Shown here one piece after another: positions 1 to 6,293 of a DNA stretch of 13,658 bases. The notes below the pieces were generated by a model. It worked only from the letters and a program-made list of their open reading frames with translations. It made no database searches and was not told the origin of the DNA. The DNA lies in the NCBI GenBank assembly GCA_018985225.1, contig JADGIF010000231.1, positions 1 through 13,658 on the forward strand, given 5' to 3'. A program made the translations under genes and the position numbers. How positions within the stretch are numbered: position 1 is the first letter of the stretch; each line of letters starts with the position of its first letter. The DNA comes from Amoeboradix gromovi X-113 (lineage: Eukaryota; Fungi; Sanchytriomycota).

Positions 1-176
1 AGATATCAATCCAGGTACTTCAAGATAATGTAGGCAAGAACATGCTCAAATGGTATCTCCCCAAGTTGTCTACACTTGAGAAGTGTGGGGTTTGAAATCT
101 TCTTGATTTTCGAATTCTTCACATTTAACGTAGGCCATAAGAAGCAAAAAATTATATTTGTTTTTGAAACCTCCAT

Positions 177-845
177 ATGCAACAAACCAGCTTACCAGTT
201 TCTTTGGGTACCACAATCATGGCATGTTCATTTAAGAATGGAATAGTGTTAGCGGCGGATAGCAGAACAACAACCGGGACTTACATTGCTAACCGTGTTA
301 CTGATAAATTAACGAAACTGCATGAGAATATTTGGTGTCTACGTAGTGGCAGCGCTGCCGATACTCAGGCATTAGCCGATCTAACTAGAAGACAGCTAAA
401 ATCTGTTGAATTACATTATGGCAGAGTTACAACAAAAATGGCTGCGCATGTTATTGGTACTTTGGCTTATAAATATAGAAGTAATATGAGTGCTGGTCTA
501 ATCGTTGTTGGACTCGATGACGAAGAAGATGAACTGGTTAATAAAATGGAAATAGATGGTTTGCAATATTCTATTTATGCTATTCCATTAGGTGGCAGCA
601 TTCATAAACAGCCTTATACCATTGGTGGAAGTGGAAGCACTTTTATTTACGGATATTGTGATGCCCATTTTAAATCAGACTTTAACAAAGATCAATGCGT
701 AGCATTTGTGAAAACTGCTGTTTCATTGGCAATGCATCGCGATGGCAGCAGTGGTGGTTGTATAAGATACTGTGTACTAGAAAATAACAGCGTAACTCGA
801 CATGTGGTTTTGGGGAATGATTTACCACAGCACGTTATCAATTAA
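177..845 (+). CDS. PRE3: 20S proteasome subunit beta type-1 (Pre3/PSMB6 family)
   Basis: Short propeptide ending SLG, then catalytic Thr: TTIMA...AADSRTTTGTYIANRVTDKLT. Also RSGSAADTQA, IPLGGS, GSGSTFIYGYCD and RDGSSGG, all typical of beta1. Confidence 0.96.
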   Translation: MQQTSLPVSLGTTIMACSFKNGIVLAADSRTTTGTYIANRVTDKLTKLHENIWCLRSGSAADTQALADLTRRQLKSVELHYGRVTTKMAAHVIGTLAYKYRSNMSAGLIVVGLDDEEDELVNKMEIDGLQYSIYAIPLGGSIHKQPYTIGGSGSTFIYGYCDAHFKSDFNKDQCVAFVKTAVSLAMHRDGSSGGCIRYCVLENNSVTRHVVLGNDLPQHVIN

Positions 846-856
846 ATAGTTTTATT

Positions 857-1129
857 TCAAATCTTCTTAAATTCTTCATGAGTCATTAGCTTCATTTCAA
901 GCGCGTGTATGTCTTTCATCTCTTCATCTAAAAGATTGTAAACTAATCTGTGCCTTTCTAAAGCCCTTTTGTTCTTGAATTCCTCAGAAACCAACGTCAA
1001 TTGAAAATGTGATTCTGGATTATTTATATTCTTCATTGCTGCATGGTGAGCATGCAAGTGACTTGAGTTCTCTAATTTTATTACCGTAGGGTTTAAAGTT
1101 AGCAATTTAGTTTGCAATCTAGAATACAT
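857..1129 (-). CDS. BolA family protein (about 90 aa)
   Basis: Motifs LENSSHLHAHH, ESHFQLTLVSEEF, RHRLVYNLL and IHALEMK. Start moved to the ATG at 1129 because the ORF-track start (1234) lies inside the upstream gene. Confidence 0.9.
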   Translation of the reverse strand: MYSRLQTKLLTLNPTVIKLENSSHLHAHHAAMKNINNPESHFQLTLVSEEFKNKRALERHRLVYNLLDEEMKDIHALEMKLMTHEEFKKI

Positions 1130-1169
1130 AACAGGAGGTTGCAAGTTGAAATTTATGTTAAATCGGATC

Positions 1170-2078
1170 TTATTTATTCGCTTTCTTCTTCTTAATGGCG
1201 CGTTTTTGAATACTTTGATGCAATCTGTATACATAGTTCATCCAATATTCATCAGTCATCAGATTATTAATTCCCCACTTCAAAATTGCATGGCTCCAAT
1301 ATCCAGTGTATCCTACGCCTGTTTTACAGCCCAGTTTGCCTTCCATTACACTAGCAGCAAACTGTTCAGCAGTGGGACAAAATAAATTGGGTCTCATTTT
1401 TGACATTTTGGTGCTTACAAAATAAGTATCCAAATGAATGACGTCGATTTGCTCTTCAATTGCCAAGCAGTTTCCAAGATACTCCAAAAATACTTTAGAT
1501 CCACTATAGACACTAAGCAACGGGGAAGGGAACAAGCCTGAAAATGATCCTAAATTAACAATACAGCCTTTTAATTTTGGCAAAGCAATTTTTGTAGTCA
1601 CAATGACTCCTAGAATGTTGACGTTGACAATATTTTTTAGAGATGATATAGTCTCCTTGCTGAACTCGTTAGGGTACTCTTGAGAAACGCCGGCATTATT
1701 AATGATCATATTTAATTGAGGAATTTCATTAACGGCAACTTCAATTTTGGAATGAGAGCTAGTTATGACATTATCCTTGATAATTAAATCATCGCTGAAA
1801 TCGACCTGAACAATTTTCAGTTGAACACCGAAAGAAGCCAATTCGGTCTTCAAAGTCTCTAATTTGGAAGAATTTCTACCTATTAGAATAAGGTTCCATT
1901 TTTTTTTCGCCAAATACACAGCCATTGCTTGACCAATTCCATCAGTGCAACCAGTGATTAGGCACCACGAAGTATCGGTTGAATACTTTTTATATAACGG
2001 CTCTATATAGGCTGGTAGTAACTTGTAAAGCTTGTAAACAATATACACGCTTGCAAAATATCCAAGGTACACAAACAT
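1170..2078 (-). CDS. Very-long-chain 3-ketoacyl-CoA reductase (SDR; Ifa38/HSD17B12-like)
   Basis: N-terminal hydrophobic anchor, WCLITGCTDGIG Rossmann motif, NNAG, catalytic YSGSK, FVSTKMSK, YWSHAI and a basic C-terminal tail. Confidence 0.9.
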   Translation of the reverse strand: MFVYLGYFASVYIVYKLYKLLPAYIEPLYKKYSTDTSWCLITGCTDGIGQAMAVYLAKKKWNLILIGRNSSKLETLKTELASFGVQLKIVQVDFSDDLIIKDNVITSSHSKIEVAVNEIPQLNMIINNAGVSQEYPNEFSKETISSLKNIVNVNILGVIVTTKIALPKLKGCIVNLGSFSGLFPSPLLSVYSGSKVFLEYLGNCLAIEEQIDVIHLDTYFVSTKMSKMRPNLFCPTAEQFAASVMEGKLGCKTGVGYTGYWSHAILKWGINNLMTDEYWMNYVYRLHQSIQKRAIKKKKANK

Positions 2079-2098
2079 TAAACCTCCTGGTTTAATCC

Positions 2099-2675
2099 TT
2101 CATAAAATCTAAATGTCACCAAATGCAACATTCTTTATGGAAACTTAAATGCACATTAGTAAATGTATAGCAAGAAGAAAGTATCTTGAATTCTTTAGTG
2201 TCCAAAACCTCGCTCAAAGCATAATGTGCAAATCTTATGAAGCAATTACGGTAATTCGAACTCATCACTTACATGAGAAAACCCGACAAAGCAAACAGCG
2301 CAATCGATAGGACAGTTTAGTGCCATCATCTTTCAGAAAGCAACTGCAATTCTTAAGCCACTACCTTAACTTCCGAAACAGGCTATGAAAATTGAGATCT
2401 GCGTTACATGCTAGAGTCTTGGCAGCACAGAGCAACTCTCCAGTACTGCGCAAAACAGAACATTATTGAGACATGCGAACAATGGTAAGTAAACGCATTC
2501 AAAAATCTCTTAAGGGTCAAATGTCATTCCAGTGTCACTATAAGATATATTCGTGGATAGAGATGTGAACGCGTGGTACAACAGTCCTGAAGTAACAAGA
2601 AACCTAATTAGAAATGGTAAAACATCCGAGAAACAAAAAAGAGGAGATGATAACGGGTCACATCCTATAGCATAG
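2099..2675 (+). pseudogene. Fanzor/TnpB-like nuclease, C-terminal half (RuvC-II, Zn-finger remnant, RuvC-III), degraded
   Basis: Manual translation gives QEESILNSLVSKTS (from 2171) and LR*FELITYMRK (from 2246). LRSALHARVLAA / EQLS / QYC (about 2393-2449, across frameshifts) resembles the E-x-x-TS-x-x-C motif. IFVDRDVNAWYNSPEVTRNLIRNGK (from 2547) is the RuvC-III RD-x-NA motif, with a stop at 2673-2675. Several stops and frameshifts. Confidence 0.72.
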
Positions 2676-2850
2676 CTGATAAATATGGTACATTCCTACT
2701 TGTCTGAAAAGGTATTTCAGACACCTGTTTTGAAAATTGTTTTTTGCTTTTGTAAAACGTCTTCCATTTGGGACTCACTATATGATTTCTAGACTAGGAA
2801 TAATTCTAGGAGAAAGACATAGGTCCCATATAAGATCACCGACTATGTCA
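2676..2850 (+). ncRNA. Putative omegaRNA scaffold / structured element 3' end
   Basis: Lies directly after the nuclease stop. Perfect 9-bp hairpin TGTCTGAAA-aggta-TTTCAGACA (2701-2723), a long imperfect stem-loop closed by TGGGAC (2769-2774) and GTCCCA (2823-2828), and an alternative pairing of GACATAG (2816-2822) with CTATGTC (2843-2849). The omegaRNA role is inferred from position. Confidence 0.4.
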
Positions 2851-3923
2851 GCGAAGTTGCCATAAAGGCTTTTCAGGTAATTTCGACACTGGGGTTAAAA
2901 GTCTTGTGCCAATATCTTGCATAGGAAGACATTTGAATTTCTTAATTCTGTCAAAAGAATGTTTGTCTATAGCATTGATGTCTTCAATCACATCTGCTTT
3001 ACTTTCTTTGGATTTCCATTCCCCACTCTCTTTTTTCTTATTATACCATTCATATTGATAAACATATGAAGGGTTTTCATTTAAATGTTTCTTCACAAAT
3101 TGCACTAAAAATCCATCTGTTCTGATATTAGTGGTATCTATTTGAATATTACCTTTCTGACTCTTGGTAGCATGACACTTGAAGGCATCTGAAAAGCTAC
3201 AATTCATCATCTTTACAAAAGATTCCATATCAAACGCTATCATGATATCTTTAAATGAACCCAAAGGATAACAATAACCCTGGCGTACCTTTAAGTCTTT
3301 TTTGATTTCATCTAACCAACACATCATCTCGTATTTCTCTTGAAGGGATGGCTTTTTAATATCTTTAGTGCCGCTTAATTTTATCTCAATTTGAGTGTCA
3401 ATATCTTCAAGGAAAACTGACGTTAACTGTGTTTTAATGGCTTTTGATTGTTCGTCTTTATTTGGAGCGCTATCTATGATATTAGACTTGATGACTTTAT
3501 TAATTTGATTTTTAACTAATGAGGATCAATATGTTGAAGATGTAAAAGATTAATATTGGTATTCAAAGTAATACATGCCAAGTTCATCATACTTTGATGA
3601 CTTTCTAGAGGAGGAAATAATATTAGAAAACATTCTAAAGGTTCAAGTAAATATGGACATTTTAGCAAAGTGTCATTTATAATTCTTCTCTTCTGACCTA
3701 GAATAAATTTCATCATTAATTCCATGTGATTTTGAGCAAGTTTATATTCTAGAGGAAATAATTGTTTATATTTATGCAGATACCAATTCATAAAATAATT
3801 TAGAATTTTCATGGCTGAACTGATCATAGGCACTATTTGATTTAATTTCTCAATGACTTTCTTTGAATTATCTGGATGTAAAGACTGCTTCAATGTCATG
3901 GTAATAGTTTGACACGATGTCAT
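2848..3923 (-). pseudogene. Fanzor/TnpB-like nuclease, N-terminal half up to RuvC-I, frameshifted
   Basis: ORFs 3516-3923 and 2848-3327 join through one frameshift near 3520; the second frame is open from about 3525 to 2848. Fanzor1-like motifs in order: TITMTLKQSL...LNQIV...YFMNWYL, TLNTNIN, YPLGSFKDIMIAFD, IRTDGFLVQF (TDG at 3112-3120) and QDIGTRLLT (RuvC-I-like Asp at 2914-2916). An in-frame upstream MKRKRPP* starts at 3998. Confidence 0.72.
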
Positions 3924-4076
3924 TGTACTAACTTGACAAAATCGTTTACAAGCTCTTTGTACCTCAAAAAAACGTTATGGAGGACGTTTGCGCTTCATCA
4001 AAAAGTCAGTTAAGATAATCATTTTTATTTGGTAAAGCACAACTTCAAAACAATGTTTGATTTTACTGAAACACTC

Positions 4077-4107
4077 TCCTAGTCTATAAATCATAGAGTA
4101 TGTCCCA
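4077..4107. repeat. Element-end repeat, inverted copy of 2769-2799
   Basis: TCCTAGTCTATAAATCATAGAGTATGTCCCA versus the reverse complement of 2769-2799, TCCTAGTCTAGAAATCATATAGTGAGTCCCA: 27/31 identical. Confidence 0.85.
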
Positions 4108-4134
4108 TTTGTAATTTTAGATAACCAATAGGCC

Positions 4135-5209
4135 ATGTCTCAAGTTAAAGTAAAAAATGATACTCAAGGTGAGAAGAGGAAACTGAGCGTAAATAAATTT
4201 GAAGAAATGATAAAGACCGCGCCAGTTGAGTTGTCATACGTTTCTCAACCATCAAATTCAGATTTATTTGATGAGAACTCTCAGATTGAAAATAGCAGCA
4301 ATTTAATATCAAAAACAAAGAGCGAACTAGCTAGAGAAATTGAAGGTGACATTATTTCTTCGCTTAGTAGCTTAATAAGTCCATCTAATTCTACCTCACC
4401 AAACATGAGTTTGTTTAGAAAGGGTCACGGTGATGCAAGTCTAGCGGTATATAAAGGATCGAGTAAAATTGAAGACGAGGCTACTGACCCTCAGATCATA
4501 GCTGCAGAACAGTTGTCTGCAACTCTACACAAATTTAGAGATGTTGACAACGAGTTCAATGATATTGAAATGAATTCAAAAAGCTTGAAGCATCCCGATG
4601 TGAATCAGGTAAAGCTGAAGCAGTTCCAAGATGAAGAAGACACTTTTGAGATTAGTAACGAATCAGTATCAAAGAAGAAACCTTTTTTAATAACAAAATA
4701 TAAGCCCAAGTCGAGCACTCCATCAGATAAGGAAGTGGAGATCGAAGACGAGGAACTAGATCTGAATAACTTTAAAGGTAAGCTCATTTCCAAGTTTAAG
4801 GCACCCAATATTACTAATTCACCCAAATTACAGAAAATATCGCTTGATGATTTCAATACCGGCATAGAAAAATCTGAAGATTTTACCCAAATTGACGAGC
4901 TAATTGAAAAGGCTAGAGAAGTTATAAAAATACATGAAGCTCAACAAAAGGAACAGCAAAGGTACAATGCCATGATTGTTCAGCAAAAAGAGTACTTTAT
5001 AGAATGCATTAAGCGCGTGGATCAAGATTTAACTACAGCTTTTTCGAAGTTGGATCAACTTAAAGCCAGAAAAAAAGAGATTGCAAAAAGCGAAATAATA
5101 AAAACAGATAATAGCAGTGAAAATGATGTAAAAATTTCTAATCTAGTCATATGTATTTATTTTTATCTTGTGCATAGTCATTTTGCTGATATCTTTTCTT
5201 TCTCAATAA
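4135..5209 (+). CDS. Hypothetical tail-anchored coiled-coil membrane protein; join(4135..5127,5147..5209), 351 aa
   Basis: S/E/K-rich low-complexity N-terminal part and a coiled-coil-like segment (IDELIEKAREVIKIHEAQQKEQQR...). After removing the 19-nt intron the C-terminus is SYVFIFILCIVILLISFLSQ*, a clean TM helix, with AATAAA overlapping the stop. Confidence 0.75.
5128..5146 (+). other. 19-nt spliceosomal intron (predicted)
   Basis: GTAAAAATTTCTAATCTAG has a GT donor, CTAAT branch motif and TAG acceptor. Its removal yields a TM tail. Same length as the intron at 12529-12547. Confidence 0.72.
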
Positions 5210-5230
5210 ATTTTTAATATTTTAAAAAAC

Positions 5231-5530
5231 ATGGAGGAATCATTTTCTTCTCGTCTGGAAAAACAGAAACTTGCTCGCTTAAAAATACTTGAATACAATA
5301 AAGAATTCTTGAAGGAGTTCAAGAAACCGGTAGACTACCACGACTCAATAAGGTTTCAACGTAAAAGAAAGCGGGACATGGACGATAAAGATTATACATT
5401 AGAAGAACATGAAAACTACAAGAAGAAAAATAGCAGAGGTAAGAAAAAGAAGAAGGCACCAGATACTGAGCACATAAATCTCAAGAACAGACTGTTTAAT
5501 CAGCAGCTGGAAAAGTACTATAGTAAATAA
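5231..5530 (+). CDS. SYF2: Short Syf2-like pre-mRNA splicing factor (99 aa)
   Basis: C-terminal DTEHINLKNRLFNQQLEKYY resembles the Syf2 D-x-x-YIN-x-x-N-x-x-FN-x-KL-x-x-Y motif. Also has DYTLEEHENYKKK and basic NLS-like tracts. Confidence 0.7.
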   Translation: MEESFSSRLEKQKLARLKILEYNKEFLKEFKKPVDYHDSIRFQRKRKRDMDDKDYTLEEHENYKKKNSRGKKKKKAPDTEHINLKNRLFNQQLEKYYSK

Positions 5531-6293
5531 GGTCCAAGAGTTAGGATACCAAACGGCCAGATGTTTACAACAATAGACGTCATAAGATTATTAGCAGTTA
5601 ATTTGTTCATAATACTTTCACGCAAGTGACGTTTTACTGAGCTGTTTAGTAACTTATTCTTTCGAACGATAACCAAAAGTTGCTTGGGCTATTTTTTGCA
5701 AACATGACAGCTATCTGATTTAATCGAATAAACTATTTATTGTGATTACATGTGCCACATCCCTCCAATACACTCTCTTTCTGACCTTTACTGCAAGAAA
5801 AGTCCATGATCTTTCTTTACACCAATTTCAATTAAGTCCTAGCTTCGTAGCACATAGTATAATTAATCTAACGATATCACTGCATCCCTATTCAGTCCCG
5901 CCTCAAGTTAGTGAAAGCATGAACAGTCACTCAAAGGGAGTAAATGTTCATTAGTTTCTCAGCGGAGATTCTTGATTTTCTTATAATTAAAGACTTTTAA
6001 CGAGCGGTTCCTAATTTAAAAAAAGCTATCATGACAATAAAGTAGTTCAAACATTCAAGCCATTGAATATCTACTTAAAGATTCTGAGAGACTAAGCTGG
6101 AGGAGGAGGATGGTAGAACAATTTCACCCAAGGCTGGTTAAATACCCAAAGCTCTATAAAATTATTCAGTTTGAGTTTTGCAGTAGGTGTTCAATGCGGT
6201 AATAACGACCCAGTTTATTTTCTAAATTCTTGAATAACTATTTTTAAAAGTTTAAGCTTAACAAGAACATTACAAATTTCGTTAAAAGTTTAT

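Larger units (their letters stand above)
2097..4110. mobile_element. Decayed, internally inverted Fanzor (TnpB-like)-carrying element
   Basis: About 2 kb without intact genes in an otherwise packed region. Contains complementary Fanzor-like halves on opposite strands and a 31-bp repeat pair (27/31 identical) at 2769-2799 and 4077-4107. Boundaries are approximate. Confidence 0.7.

Noticed and set aside
1-138. Possible gene fragment at the window start (plus frame ending at 95; minus MAYVKCEEF...)
   Set aside because: Short frames with no recognisable motif. A 19-nt GT..AG on the minus strand lacks a branch motif and leads to a stop.
537-555. 19-nt GT..AG (GTTAATAAAATGGAAATAG) inside the proteasome gene
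   Set aside because: Removal would frameshift the conserved downstream half, and there is no CTAAT.
1146-1385. ORF-track ORFs antisense to or nested in real genes (1146-1385, 4605-4865, 7411-7632, 8131-8385, 8658-8849, 8868-9164, 9488-9841, 9579-9899, 11278-11484, 11434-11646, 12763-12984)
   Set aside because: Shadow frames of better-supported CDSs, with no motifs.
2082-2088. AGGAGGT just upstream of the reductase ATG as a Shine-Dalgarno site
   Set aside because: The context is eukaryotic (proteasome, LIM, introns), the spacing is too short, and the motif occurs in the opposite orientation at other genes.
3516-3574. 59-nt intron repairing the Fanzor frameshift
   Set aside because: It would delete the Fanzor-like TLNTNIN segment, lacks a CTAAT branch motif and does not match the 19-nt size. 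A 1-bp deletion is simpler.
2168-3977. Stop-codon reassignment explaining in-frame TAA/TAG in the Fanzor remnant
   Set aside because: Conserved genes here end at TAA and TAG normally, and the remnant also has frameshifts, so decay is the simpler explanation.
5742-5954. 70-aa ORF
   Set aside because: GTG start, no motif and atypical composition.
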